Origin: Candidatus Avelusimicrobium aviculae
GTDB taxonomy: Bacteria; Elusimicrobiota; Elusimicrobia; Elusimicrobiales; Elusimicrobiaceae
Reading direction: 5' to 3'
DNA length: 64,000 bases
Assembly (NCBI GenBank): GCA_944324655.1
Contig: CALUXF010000007.1
Span: forward strand, 880-64,879
In this document: in pieces, positions 29,744 through 39,644 of the stretch
How positions within the stretch are numbered: the first letter of the stretch is position 1
Layout of the letters: the number at the start of each line of letters is the position of its first letter
Translations under genes and position numbers: made by a program
Notes under the pieces: model-generated
Told to the model about the DNA's origin: nothing
The model's database searches: none
What the model saw: only the letters and a program-made list of their open reading frames with translations

Positions 29744-30520
29744 ATGAAAGTTGCTATTCTTGCCGGGGGTCTTGGCACCCGTTTAAGCGAAGAAACCGAA
29801 TTGAAACCTAAACCGATGGTGGAAATCGGCGGTTATCCCATCTTATGGCATATCATGAAAATCTATTCCGCTTACGGATACAATGATTTTGTGATTCTTA
29901 CCGGTTATAAATCCCACGTTATTAAAGATTTCTTTGTAAATTATTATCAGCGTTATTCTGACATTACCATAGATATGGTGCATAATGCCGTGCAGGTGCA
30001 TAAGACCCGCCATGAACCGTGGACGGTTACCATGCTTTATACCGGCCAGGATACCATGACCGGCGGGCGCATCAAACGGGCGCAGGAATACTTGGGCAAA
30101 GAACCGTTTATGCTTACTTACGGGGACGGCGTGAGCGACATTAATATTCCCGCGCTTTTGGAGTCCCATAAAGCCAGCGGGAAAACCGTCACCATGACGG
30201 CGGTGAAACCCTTGGGCCGCTTCGGCGCTTTGCGGCTGGACGGGGAGGACAACATCACCTCTTTTATGGAAAAACCGCAAGGGGACGGCGCTTGGATTAA
30301 CGGCGGCTTTTTTGTGTGCGAGCCGGAAGTTTTTGATTTTATACCAAAAGGGGATAACGTTATTTTTGAACGCGCCCCCTTGGAAAATTTAGCTTCCAGC
30401 GGCAAGCTGCACGCTTATAAACACACCGGTTTTTGGCGCCCCATGGATACCTTGCGTGACAAAAATGACCTTACCGCCCTTTGGAAAGAGGGCAAAGCCC
30501 CTTGGAAGATTTGGAAGTAG
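29744..30520 (+). CDS. rfbF: Glucose-1-phosphate cytidylyltransferase
   Basis: ILAGGLGTRLSEET..KPKPMVEIG, LTYGDG, FWRPMDTLRD; start moved to ATG 29744. Confidence 0.96.
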   Translation: MKVAILAGGLGTRLSEETELKPKPMVEIGGYPILWHIMKIYSAYGYNDFVILTGYKSHVIKDFFVNYYQRYSDITIDMVHNAVQVHKTRHEPWTVTMLYTGQDTMTGGRIKRAQEYLGKEPFMLTYGDGVSDINIPALLESHKASGKTVTMTAVKPLGRFGALRLDGEDNITSFMEKPQGDGAWINGGFFVCEPEVFDFIPKGDNVIFERAPLENLASSGKLHAYKHTGFWRPMDTLRDKNDLTALWKEGKAPWKIWK

Positions 30521-30523
30521 CCT

Positions 30524-31591
30524 ATGTTCAACCATATTTATAAAGGCCGCCGGGTGCTGGTTACCGGGCATACGGGTTTTAAGGGAAGCTGGCTCTGCGT
30601 TTGGCTGAAGCGCTTAGGGGCAGAAGTATGCGGCTATGCCTTGGCTCCGGAAACAGAACCCGCTTTGTTTCATGTGCTTCGCGGGCAAGAAGGCATCAGC
30701 CACCATATAGGGGATTTGTTGGACGCCGAACATTTACATAAAACGGTAAAAGATTTTCAGCCAGAAATTATTTTTCATTTAGCCGCCCAGCCTTTGGTAC
30801 GCCTCTCTTACGCGGAGCCGGTGCGCACCTATGCCGTTAACGTAATGGGCACGCTAAACGTGTTGGAAGCCGCCCGCGCCGTGCCTAGCGTGCGGGCTTT
30901 TGTAAATGTTACTACCGATAAATGCTACGAAAATAAAGAAACCGCCCGCGGATACAAAGAAGATGACCCCATGGGTGGGTATGATATGTATTCTTCTTCC
31001 AAAGGATGTGTGGAAATTTTGTCCGCCTCATACCGCCGTTCTTTTTTGCAGGAAAGCGGGTTTGCCTTGGCTACGGCCCGGGCGGGAAACGTGATTGGCG
31101 GGGGGGACTGGGCGGCTGAGCGGCTTGTGCCGGATTGCATGCGCGCGTTGAATGCGGGAAAAGAAATTGAAATCCGCTGCCCGAGTGCCGTCCGCCCTTG
31201 GCAGCACGTGCTGGAGCCGCTGTCCGGCTATTTGCTTTTAGGGCAAAAACTCTTGGAAGAAGGCAGGGCTTATGCGGAAGGGTTTAATTTCGGCCCGGAT
31301 GAAAAAAGCGTGTTTACAGTGGGGGAAATGGCCCGGCTGGCCGTAAAATGCTATGGGCAAGGTTCCGTGCGGGTACAGCGCAGGGATAATTTGCATGAAG
31401 CCACTTTGCTTACGCTGGATATTACCAAAGCGCGCAAGCGGCTTGGCTGGATACCCACTTACACGGCAACGCAGGCCGTAGCCGCCGCGGTGGAATGGTA
31501 TAAACGGTTTTACGCCGGGGAAGAAATGTTGCCTTTTACTGAAGAGCAAATTAAAAATTTTGAAGGAAGTTTAGCATGGAAAAAGAATTAA
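30524..31591 (+). CDS. rfbG: CDP-glucose 4,6-dehydratase
   Basis: TGHTGFKGSWL, HLAAQPLV, TTDKCY, YSSSK, RPWQHVLEPL. Confidence 0.96.
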   Translation: MFNHIYKGRRVLVTGHTGFKGSWLCVWLKRLGAEVCGYALAPETEPALFHVLRGQEGISHHIGDLLDAEHLHKTVKDFQPEIIFHLAAQPLVRLSYAEPVRTYAVNVMGTLNVLEAARAVPSVRAFVNVTTDKCYENKETARGYKEDDPMGGYDMYSSSKGCVEILSASYRRSFLQESGFALATARAGNVIGGGDWAAERLVPDCMRALNAGKEIEIRCPSAVRPWQHVLEPLSGYLLLGQKLLEEGRAYAEGFNFGPDEKSVFTVGEMARLAVKCYGQGSVRVQRRDNLHEATLLTLDITKARKRLGWIPTYTATQAVAAAVEWYKRFYAGEEMLPFTEEQIKNFEGSLAWKKN

Positions 31592-32928
31592 GAAAAGCCG
31601 TACAAGACGCGGCCCGCGCCTATTACCGCGCCGTTTACGGGGACCCGAAAGCGTTAACCTATATTCCCGCCTCCGGCAAATTGTTGGACGAAGACGACCT
31701 GGCCGGCATGATAGACGCCAGCTTGGATATGTGGCTTACTTCCGGGCGTTTTAATGACCAGTTTGAAAAAGACTTTGCCCAGTATTTAGGGGTTCCGTTT
31801 GCTTTGTCCACCAATTCGGGTTCTTCCGCCAATTTGTTGGCGATTAGCGCGCTTACTTCGCATAAGCTGGGGGAAAGACGCCTTAAAAAAGGCGATGAGG
31901 TGATCACCGTAGCGGCGGGGTTTCCCACCACGGTAAACCCGATTATCCAGCAGGGGTTAGTGCCGGTGTTTGTGGATTGTGAAATAGGCACGTATAATAT
32001 AGACGCTTCCCAGATAGAAGCCGCTCTTTCCCCAAAAACCAAAGCCGTTTTTATCGCCCATACGCTGGGAAATATGTTTGATTTGCAAACCGTTTTGGAT
32101 GTTTGCCAAAAACATAATTTATGGCTGATTGAAGATTCCTGCGACGCGCTTGGCGCCCAATGGAACGGCAAAAAAGCGGGGACCATCGGCCATATAGGCA
32201 CATACAGCTTTTACCCGGCCCACCATATGACCATGGGCGAGGGCGGCGCCGTGGTGACCAGCGACCCGGCTTTGTACCGTATTTTGCTTTCTTTTAGAGA
32301 CTGGGGGCGGGACTGCTGGTGCAAACCGGGGGTGGATAATACCTGTAAAAACCGTTTTAACATGCAGCTTGGCAAACTGCCCTTTGGCTATGACCACAAA
32401 TATACTTATTCCCACGTGGGTTTTAACTTAAAAATTACGGACTGGCAAGCCGCTTTAGGTGTAAGCCAGTTAAAAAAACTGCCCGGTTATTTATTAAAAC
32501 GCAAACAAAACGCGGAGTTCTTGGCTGAAAAGCTGGCGGATTTAAATGAATATTTCATTTTGCCCAAAGCGGCTGAAAACGTGCGCCCGTCTTGGTTCGG
32601 GTTTTTAATTTCCGTCAGGAAAGACGCTCCTTTTACCAAGCAACAGCTGGTTGAATTTTTGGAGCAAAACGGCGTGGGAACGCGCCAGCTGTTTGCCGGC
32701 AATTTGCTGCGCCAGCCGATGATGACGGAGAACGATATCCCTCTTCGCATTAAAAATTCCGGGCTGCTTAATTCCCGCAATTTAAAAGAGAAGGACTTTG
32801 CCCTCCTCCCCAATACGGACTTTATTATGAACCACACTTTTTGGGTGGGAACGTTCCCTCGTTTGGGCAAAAAAGAGCTGGAAAAAACAGCCGCTTTAAT
32901 CCATCGGTTTGCCGGAGCGCTGAAATGA
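31576..32928 (+). CDS. rfbH: CDP-4-keto-6-deoxyglucose 3-dehydrase (E1, DdhC)
   Basis: DMWLTSGRF, SFYPAHHMTMGEGG (His in place of the PLP Lys), GRDCWCKPGVDNTC, YDHKY. Confidence 0.95.
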   Translation: MEKELRKAVQDAARAYYRAVYGDPKALTYIPASGKLLDEDDLAGMIDASLDMWLTSGRFNDQFEKDFAQYLGVPFALSTNSGSSANLLAISALTSHKLGERRLKKGDEVITVAAGFPTTVNPIIQQGLVPVFVDCEIGTYNIDASQIEAALSPKTKAVFIAHTLGNMFDLQTVLDVCQKHNLWLIEDSCDALGAQWNGKKAGTIGHIGTYSFYPAHHMTMGEGGAVVTSDPALYRILLSFRDWGRDCWCKPGVDNTCKNRFNMQLGKLPFGYDHKYTYSHVGFNLKITDWQAALGVSQLKKLPGYLLKRKQNAEFLAEKLADLNEYFILPKAAENVRPSWFGFLISVRKDAPFTKQQLVEFLEQNGVGTRQLFAGNLLRQPMMTENDIPLRIKNSGLLNSRNLKEKDFALLPNTDFIMNHTFWVGTFPRLGKKELEKTAALIHRFAGALK

Positions 32929-33809
32929 AAAAAATCCTGCTTACGGGCGGCAACGGTTTTATAGGCAAAAACATACAAGAAAGCTATTTGAGCCAAAAGT
33001 ATGAAATTACCGCCCCGCGCAGTTTTGAGTTAGACTTAACGGATACGGACGCGGTGGACGCGTATTTTTCCGCGCATCAGTTTGACGTTGTCCTCCACGC
33101 CGCCGCCAAGCCCGGCCACCGCAACGCCAAGGACCCTTCCAACCTGTTTTACACCAATGTAAGAATGTTTGAAAATTTGGTGCGTAACAAAAGCCGTTTT
33201 GGCAAGCTGATTCATTTTGGTTCCGGCGCGGTGTATGACGCTTCGGCCGATAACCGCCGGGTAAAAGAAAGCCAAATCGGCCTGCGCATGGGAAAAGACG
33301 AGCACAGCTTTTGCACGTATGTAGTGCATAAGCAAATAGAACATTTGGATCATTTTGTGGATTTAAATATTTTTGGCATTTTTGGCAAATATGAGGACTG
33401 GCAAATACGCTTTATTTCTAACGCCATTTGCAAAACATTGTTTGGCTTGCCTATCACGCTGCGCCAAAACCGCCGTTTTAGTTATTTGTACGTAAATGAT
33501 TTAATGCCCGTTTTGGAGTATTTTATAGAAAACACTGCCCGTTATAAAAGCTATAACGTGGTGCCGGACGAGGAAACCGAGCTTCTATCCGCCGCCCAAA
33601 CGGTGGCCGAGGTAAGCGGCACTCAAAGTGGCATACAGGTGGCAAAAGAAGGGTATGGCTTAAATTACAGCGGGGATAACGCGCGGCTGAGGGAGGAGAT
33701 ACCCTCTTTGCGCTTTACCCCATTCACGCAGGCCGTACGGGAATTATACCGCTGGTACGCGGATAATAAAACCATGCTAAACAAAGAATTTTTATTGAGG
33801 GATAAATGA
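32925..33809 (+). CDS. NAD-dependent epimerase/dehydratase (extended SDR)
   Basis: TGGNGFIG, FGSGAVY, IFGIFG; start moved to ATG 32925. Confidence 0.88.
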   Translation: MKKILLTGGNGFIGKNIQESYLSQKYEITAPRSFELDLTDTDAVDAYFSAHQFDVVLHAAAKPGHRNAKDPSNLFYTNVRMFENLVRNKSRFGKLIHFGSGAVYDASADNRRVKESQIGLRMGKDEHSFCTYVVHKQIEHLDHFVDLNIFGIFGKYEDWQIRFISNAICKTLFGLPITLRQNRRFSYLYVNDLMPVLEYFIENTARYKSYNVVPDEETELLSAAQTVAEVSGTQSGIQVAKEGYGLNYSGDNARLREEIPSLRFTPFTQAVRELYRWYADNKTMLNKEFLLRDK

Positions 33810-33819
33810 AGGAGAATCT

Positions 33820-34635
33820 ATGAACGCGTTAGAAAAACAAATGCTGGAAACCTTAACAGATTTAAAACAAAATCATCATGTTTTGGGCATTAAAGCCGAG
33901 TTTGAGGCCGAAGGCACCCGTATGGAAGAAGCATTGCGGTTAAAAGAAGTGGTTACTAAAGCGGGGCTGGATTTGGTGATAAAAGTGGGCGGATGTGAAG
34001 CCATTAAAGACATGTTTGACGCGCGTGTCATAGGCGTAAAAGGCATTGTGGGGCCGATGATTGAAACCGCCTACGCCATGAGCAAATATGTAAAAGCCAC
34101 GCGTTTTGTGTTCCCGGAAGATGAAAGAAAAGAAACGGAATTTTTTGTAAACGTGGAAACAAAAACCGGGATAAAAAATTTAGACGAAATGATGGCCTTG
34201 CCGGAATTTAATGACTTGGCGGGTATTGTGCTGGGCCGTGTGGATTTAACGGGCAGCATGGGCTTAACGCGGGAAGACATTAACTCTGAGGAAGTTTTTT
34301 CCATCGCGCAGGAAGTAAGCCTTAAAATGCAAAAAGCCGGTAAAAAAATGGTAATAGGAGGGGGCGTTTCCGCCGCTTCTTTGCCGTTTTTTAAACGCTT
34401 GCCCCAAGGGGCTTTAACCAAGTTTGAAACCCGCAAAATTATTTTTGACGCGCAGTCCGCCCTGCGGGACCCTAATGCGGATAAAGGCATTTTAAAGGCC
34501 GTTGGGTTTGAACTGATGTGGCTTAAAAACAAACGGGATTTTTACGGCATGATTTTTAAAGAAGACGCCCAACGCATTGAAATGCTGGAAGCCCGCTATA
34601 AAAATTTAATTGAGCAGGCGGGGGGCCATTTATGA
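33820..34635 (+). CDS. HpcH/HpaI aldolase/citrate-lyase family protein
   Basis: KAEFEAEG, KVGGCEA, GPMIET, NVET, GRVDL. Confidence 0.8.
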   Translation: MNALEKQMLETLTDLKQNHHVLGIKAEFEAEGTRMEEALRLKEVVTKAGLDLVIKVGGCEAIKDMFDARVIGVKGIVGPMIETAYAMSKYVKATRFVFPEDERKETEFFVNVETKTGIKNLDEMMALPEFNDLAGIVLGRVDLTGSMGLTREDINSEEVFSIAQEVSLKMQKAGKKMVIGGGVSAASLPFFKRLPQGALTKFETRKIIFDAQSALRDPNADKGILKAVGFELMWLKNKRDFYGMIFKEDAQRIEMLEARYKNLIEQAGGHL

Positions 34636-35297
34636 AAACCGCTTTGATAACGGGCGCCAGCCGGGGCATAGGCAAGGCCATAAAAGCGCTTTTAGAGGAG
34701 GAGCGGGGGTTTAGCGTGTACGCCCCTTCCCGTCAGGATATGGACCTGACCCAAGAAACCTCTATTAACGCGTATTTGGCAACAATCCCCCATGGGGTGG
34801 ATGTGTTGGTTAATTGCGCCGGCGTGAACGATTTGGCCGGCTTAGAGGAAATTACAGACGAGAAAATAAACAAAATGTTGTCTGTTAATTTGTTGGCGCA
34901 GCTGCATTTAATTAAGTGGGCCGCCCCTTTTATGAAGGAAAAAAAATACGGACGGATTGTTAATTTTTCTTCTATTTGGGGGGAATTTTCCAAAACCAGA
35001 AGGCTGTTATATTCCATGGCAAAAGCGGGAATAAACGGCTTAACCCGCGCCGCGGCGGTGGAATTGGCCCCGTATAATATTTTAGTCAATGCGGTGGCTC
35101 CCGGTTTTGTAAATACGGAAATGACCTGCGTAAACAATACGCCCGAGCAAATTAAACAGATTGTGCAGCAGCTGCCCGTTAAACGTTTAGCCCAGCCTGA
35201 CGAAATAGCGCAATTAGTGGGGTTTTTAGCGTCGGAACAAAATTCTTTTATGACGGGGCAGGTATTGTATGTTGACGGAGGTTTTTCATGCGTTTAG
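34632..35297 (+). CDS. Short-chain dehydrogenase/reductase
   Basis: TGASRGIG, NCAG, YSMAK, VAPGFVNT. Confidence 0.92.
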   Translation: MKTALITGASRGIGKAIKALLEEERGFSVYAPSRQDMDLTQETSINAYLATIPHGVDVLVNCAGVNDLAGLEEITDEKINKMLSVNLLAQLHLIKWAAPFMKEKKYGRIVNFSSIWGEFSKTRRLLYSMAKAGINGLTRAAAVELAPYNILVNAVAPGFVNTEMTCVNNTPEQIKQIVQQLPVKRLAQPDEIAQLVGFLASEQNSFMTGQVLYVDGGFSCV

Positions 35298-36367
35298 AAA
35301 CTTTGCCCATACATTCCCATATACGCGATTATACGGTTCAATTAGAACCTAATCCCCGGTTTGTCCAGGATTTACTGAAAGAAGAATTGAGTTTTTGGGT
35401 AGTGGATAAAAATGTTTGGCAATTATATAAAGAGCCGCTTTTTTCTTCCGCCAAAACGGATAATTTTTACATATTAGACGCTAAAGAAGAAAACAAAACG
35501 CTGGATTGCGTATGTGAAATTTATAAAAAAATTTTAACCTTGGCTCCTAAAAGAAATTTGCATTTAATTTCCATGGGGGGCGGTATTGTACAGGACGTAA
35601 CCGGCTTTGTAGCCTCCACTTTATACCGGGGTATTCGGTGGACTTTTATCCCCACCACATTATTGGCCCAGGTGGATAGCTGCATTGGGGCAAAAACTTC
35701 TTTAAATTTTTTGCATTATAAAAATTTAATAGGTTCTTTTTACCCGCCGGACCGCGTGCGCGTATGGCCCGGGTTTGTAAATACGCTGAAAACGCTGGAT
35801 TATTATTCCGGCATTGGGGAAATGGCCAAACTGCATTTAATGGCGGGGGAAGATACCACCCAAAAATTTATCGCCAATTTACCTGCGTTGGATAAAAGAG
35901 ATGAGGCCGTATTGTTGGATTTTATATCCGCCTGTCTGCGCATTAAAAAAAGTTATATAGAAAAAGATGAGTTTGATACCGGGATACGCAATTTATTAAA
36001 CTACGGGCATTGTTTCGGGCACGCTTTAGAAAGCGCGTCTTGCTTTAAAATCCCGCATGGGCAGGCGGTGGTGCTGGGCATGCTGCTTGCCAACAGATAC
36101 GCTTCCCAAAACGGCATGCTGCAAAAACAACAGGAAGAATTTGTTAGAAAAGAAATGCTTTTGCCTATTTTAAAAATAAACGCGGGTGACCTCCCCGCCC
36201 GGCCGGAGGAAGCCGTTGCCGCCATGAAACATGATAAAAAAAATGTGGGCAAAGGGCTGGCGTTAATTATTTTAGAGGATAACTACCAGCTGCGCAAATT
36301 AACGGATGTTTCTTTAGAAAGCGCTTCTTTGTTACTGCAGCGGCTGAAAAATTTGATTTATGATTAA
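35288..36367 (+). CDS. 3-dehydroquinate synthase-like sugar-phosphate cyclase (AroB-related)
   Basis: GGGIVQD, PTTLLAQVDSCIGAKT, GEMAK, LNYGHCFGHALE. Confidence 0.88.
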   Translation: MRLETLPIHSHIRDYTVQLEPNPRFVQDLLKEELSFWVVDKNVWQLYKEPLFSSAKTDNFYILDAKEENKTLDCVCEIYKKILTLAPKRNLHLISMGGGIVQDVTGFVASTLYRGIRWTFIPTTLLAQVDSCIGAKTSLNFLHYKNLIGSFYPPDRVRVWPGFVNTLKTLDYYSGIGEMAKLHLMAGEDTTQKFIANLPALDKRDEAVLLDFISACLRIKKSYIEKDEFDTGIRNLLNYGHCFGHALESASCFKIPHGQAVVLGMLLANRYASQNGMLQKQQEEFVRKEMLLPILKINAGDLPARPEEAVAAMKHDKKNVGKGLALIILEDNYQLRKLTDVSLESASLLLQRLKNLIYD

Positions 36368-38153
36368 AACATCGGATTATTTGGTTCAAAAGTTGGAAAC
36401 GCTGGGAGTGGATACGGTTTTTATGGTGTCCGGCGGCGGCGCCATGCATTTGGACGACAGCTTTGGCAGAAGTCAAAAAATCCGCCTGATTTGCAACCAT
36501 AACGAGCAAGCCTCCTCCATGTGCGCCGAGGGCTATGCCCGCGCTAATCAAAAATTAGCGGTGGCTTGCGTTACCACCGGCCCCGGCGGACTGAACTGTT
36601 TAAACGGGGTGTTTGGCGCATGGACGGACAGCGCCCCTGTATTGTTTATTTCCGGACAGGTAAAATACACCACCACCACGGCTTCCTGCCCGCAAGTATC
36701 TTTGCGCCAGCTGGGTGACCAGGAAGTGGACATCATCAGCGTGGTGCGCCCGCTTACCAAATACGCCCGCATGGTGACGGATCCGTATGATATTGACGCC
36801 GCCTTAGAAGAAGCCGTTTACTTTGCCGTTTCCGGCCGCCCCGGCCCCGTATGGCTGGATATACCGCTTAACGTACAGGCGGCCCTCATCAACCCTTCCC
36901 AATTAAAAAAATTTGCCGTTTCGGCGGCGGGAAATAAAGACATTTCCGCCGCTTTAGCGCAAGCGGCCCATTTGCTGCAAAACGCCAAACGCCCGCTGTT
37001 AGTGGCGGGAAACGGGATTCATTGCGCCAAGGCGCAAAAAGCGTTGCGGGCTTTTTTAGACAAAACCCACATACCCGTAACAACCACTTTTAACGGGTTT
37101 GATTTGCTCGCTTCAGAGGATCCGCTTTTTGCGGGGCGTATCGGCACCGTAGGGCAGCGCGCGGGAAACTTTGTACTGCAAAATGCCGACGTTATTTTGT
37201 TTGCGGGTACGCGCAATAATATACGCCAGGTAAGTTATAACTGGGAAAATTTTGCTAAAAACGCTAAAAAAATAGTGGTGGATATAGACCCGGCCGAACT
37301 GCAAAAGCCTACCGTCCATCCGGATGTGGCCTTATGCGCGGACGTGGGGCAAGTGCTCTCTTCTTTAACAGAGCAATTAACGGGGCCGCTTGCCGTTGAG
37401 CCTTGGAGGGAGTATTGCCGCCAAATGAAGGCCAAATACCCGCCTCTGCGGGAGTTTTCTATCCAAGGGCAAGACAAAGTGCACCCCTATTTGTTTATGC
37501 AGCGGCTGAGCCGTATTTTGCCGGAAAATGCCAGGGTGGTTGCTTCCAACGGGACGGCGTGCGTGGCGTTTTTCCAAGCGTTTGAGTCCAAAGAAGGCCA
37601 GCGGCTGTTGTTAAACTCGGGCGATGCTTCTATGGGTTACGGCCTGCCGGCGGCCATAGGCGTATGCGCGGCGGAGAAAAACGCTCCGGTTGTTTGCTTG
37701 GAGGGGGACGGCAGCCTGATGATGAATTTGCAGGAATTGCAAACTTTAAAGACCAATCAGCTGCCCGTTAAATTGTTTGTGATTAAAAATGGGGAGTATA
37801 TTTCCATTATTCAAACCCAGCGCAACTTTTTTGAAGGCCGTTTAACCGCCTGTAATAAAGACAGCGGGGTGGAAGTTCCGGATTTTGTAAAAGTGGCCCA
37901 AGCGTTTGGTTTACCCGCCGTACGTATTGTTAAAAATGACGAACTGGCGGATAAAATAAAGGAAGTGTTAAACACCCCGGGCCCGGTAGTTTGTGAGTTG
38001 GAGTGTACGGAAAATTATACCTTTGCGCCCAAGCTTTCCGCCCGCAAGCTGGAAGACGCAAGCATGGTCAGCCCGTCGCTGGAAGATATGTTCCCGTTTT
38101 TGGAGCGTGAGGAACTGGCGGAAAATATGTCCATCTCCCGGAAAGAAAAATAA
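36360..38153 (+). CDS. ThDP-dependent enzyme (acetolactate synthase/YerE-like)
   Basis: HNEQAS, TTGPGG, GPVWLDIP, MGYGLPAAIG, GDGSLMMNLQEL. Confidence 0.92.
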   Translation: MIKTSDYLVQKLETLGVDTVFMVSGGGAMHLDDSFGRSQKIRLICNHNEQASSMCAEGYARANQKLAVACVTTGPGGLNCLNGVFGAWTDSAPVLFISGQVKYTTTTASCPQVSLRQLGDQEVDIISVVRPLTKYARMVTDPYDIDAALEEAVYFAVSGRPGPVWLDIPLNVQAALINPSQLKKFAVSAAGNKDISAALAQAAHLLQNAKRPLLVAGNGIHCAKAQKALRAFLDKTHIPVTTTFNGFDLLASEDPLFAGRIGTVGQRAGNFVLQNADVILFAGTRNNIRQVSYNWENFAKNAKKIVVDIDPAELQKPTVHPDVALCADVGQVLSSLTEQLTGPLAVEPWREYCRQMKAKYPPLREFSIQGQDKVHPYLFMQRLSRILPENARVVASNGTACVAFFQAFESKEGQRLLLNSGDASMGYGLPAAIGVCAAEKNAPVVCLEGDGSLMMNLQELQTLKTNQLPVKLFVIKNGEYISIIQTQRNFFEGRLTACNKDSGVEVPDFVKVAQAFGLPAVRIVKNDELADKIKEVLNTPGPVVCELECTENYTFAPKLSARKLEDASMVSPSLEDMFPFLEREELAENMSISRKEK

Positions 38154-38168
38154 ACTTTTGGGGCTCAA

Positions 38169-38591
38169 ATGAATTATTTTAAACAATTTTTTAACTGCTT
38201 AATAAATTTTATACACCGCTTAACGGGGTTATCCGTCCGATTCATTACGTTTTTGTTTGTAGGGGTTTTAAATACGGCGGTTGGCTATGGGCTGTATGTA
38301 TTTTTTGTATGGCTTGGTTTTAATTATATCTGGGCTCCTTTTTGTTCCACGGTATTGGGGGTGCTTTTTAATTTTAAAACCATAGGCGGCATTGTGTTTA
38401 AAAGCCATGATAACCGCTTGATTTTTAAGTTCTTTGGCGTATATGCTATTGTATACATATGTAATGTATCGGGGCTTAAGGCGCTTGCTTGGTGCGGAAT
38501 AGAAAATTTATATATATCCGGCGCCATATTGGTTTTGCCTTTGGCCTTTTTAGGTTTTTTTCTAAACAAAAAATGGGTGTTTAACAAGTAA
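38169..38591 (+). CDS. gtrA: GtrA family flippase
   Basis: RFITFLFVGVLNTAV, four TM helices, FLNKKWVF. Confidence 0.9.
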   Translation: MNYFKQFFNCLINFIHRLTGLSVRFITFLFVGVLNTAVGYGLYVFFVWLGFNYIWAPFCSTVLGVLFNFKTIGGIVFKSHDNRLIFKFFGVYAIVYICNVSGLKALAWCGIENLYISGAILVLPLAFLGFFLNKKWVFNK

Positions 38592-38592
38592 T

Positions 38593-39534
38593 ATGAAAAA
38601 GAAAATATCAATTATTTCCAGCGCATATAATGAAGAAGAAAATATCCGCGAGTTATACGAGCAGGTAAAAAGCCAAATGGCTTTGCTGGCGGATAAATAT
38701 GACTATGAGCAAATTGTGCTGGACAATGCCTCTACGGACAACACCTTAACTGAGCTGCGCAAAGTAGCCGCGCAAGACCCGCGTTTTAAGGTGATTGTGA
38801 ACGCGCGTAATTTTGGGCATATCCGTTCCCCTTATTATGGTATTTTACAGTGCCAGGGGGACGCGGTTATCTATTTGGCTTCTGATTTGCAAGACCCGCC
38901 TTCCCTTATTCCACAGTTTCTATCCAAATGGGAGGAGGGGTATAAAGTGGTTTTGGCGCAGAAAAACCAAAGTAAAGAGTCTTGGCTCTTTTTTGCCGTG
39001 CGCCGGCTGTATTATTGGTTGCTTAATTTGGTAAATGATTCCGGCGCCCACTTGCTTTCTAATTGCACCGGTTTTGGTTTATATGATAAATGCGTGGTGG
39101 CTGAATTGCGCAAGTTGGACGAACCCTACCCGTATTTAAGGGGTCTGGTATGTGAGTTGGGGTATTCTCTTGCGTTAGTCCCTTTTGTTCAGCCGGTGCG
39201 CAAACGCGGTATTACCAAAAATAATTTTTATGCATTGTACGATAATGCTATGACGGGTTTTACCAATCATTCCAAAGTGCCTTTGCGTTTGGCCGCTTTG
39301 GGTGGGTTTATATTGGGTATGATTAGCTTTGTTTTGGCGTTGGTCTATTTGGTATTAAAGCTGTTGTATTGGGATTATTTCCCCATGGGCACGGCGCCTA
39401 TTTTATTGGCGGTATTGTTTTTCTCTTCCGTGCAGTTGTTTTTTATTGGAATTATTGGGGAATACATTGGCGCTATTCTTACCCAGGTGCTAAAACGCCC
39501 GCTTGTGATAGAAAAGGAAAGAATTAATTTTTAG
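38593..39534 (+). CDS. GtrB-like polyprenol-phosphate glycosyltransferase (GT2)
   Basis: AYNEEENI, DNASTD, RNFG, SDLQDPP, two C-terminal TM helices, IIGEYIG...RP. Confidence 0.9.
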   Translation: MKKKISIISSAYNEEENIRELYEQVKSQMALLADKYDYEQIVLDNASTDNTLTELRKVAAQDPRFKVIVNARNFGHIRSPYYGILQCQGDAVIYLASDLQDPPSLIPQFLSKWEEGYKVVLAQKNQSKESWLFFAVRRLYYWLLNLVNDSGAHLLSNCTGFGLYDKCVVAELRKLDEPYPYLRGLVCELGYSLALVPFVQPVRKRGITKNNFYALYDNAMTGFTNHSKVPLRLAALGGFILGMISFVLALVYLVLKLLYWDYFPMGTAPILLAVLFFSSVQLFFIGIIGEYIGAILTQVLKRPLVIEKERINF

Positions 39535-39583
39535 TTCTTCTTTTTTGTTTCAAGCGCTTTGCTGACAGCGCGGCTTGCATATT

Positions 39584-39617
39584 AAAAAATCCCCCGGTTT
39601 GCTCCGGGGGATTTTTT
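39584..39617. terminator. Bidirectional terminator closing the sugar cluster
   Basis: AAAAAATCCCCGG-TTTGCT-CCGGGGATTTTTT. Confidence 0.88.
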
Positions 39618-39644
39618 ATGCCAAAAACAAAACGGTTTGGGCGT

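Noticed and set aside
31097-31110. Homopolymer G run in rfbG, and other G/T runs, as phase-variation sites
   Set aside because: Runs are short (about 7-8 nt), frames are intact, and such runs are common throughout this genome.
35288-36367. Calling the cyclase aroB (shikimate pathway)
   Set aside because: Its context is a nucleotide-sugar cluster with no other aro genes, so no symbol was assigned.
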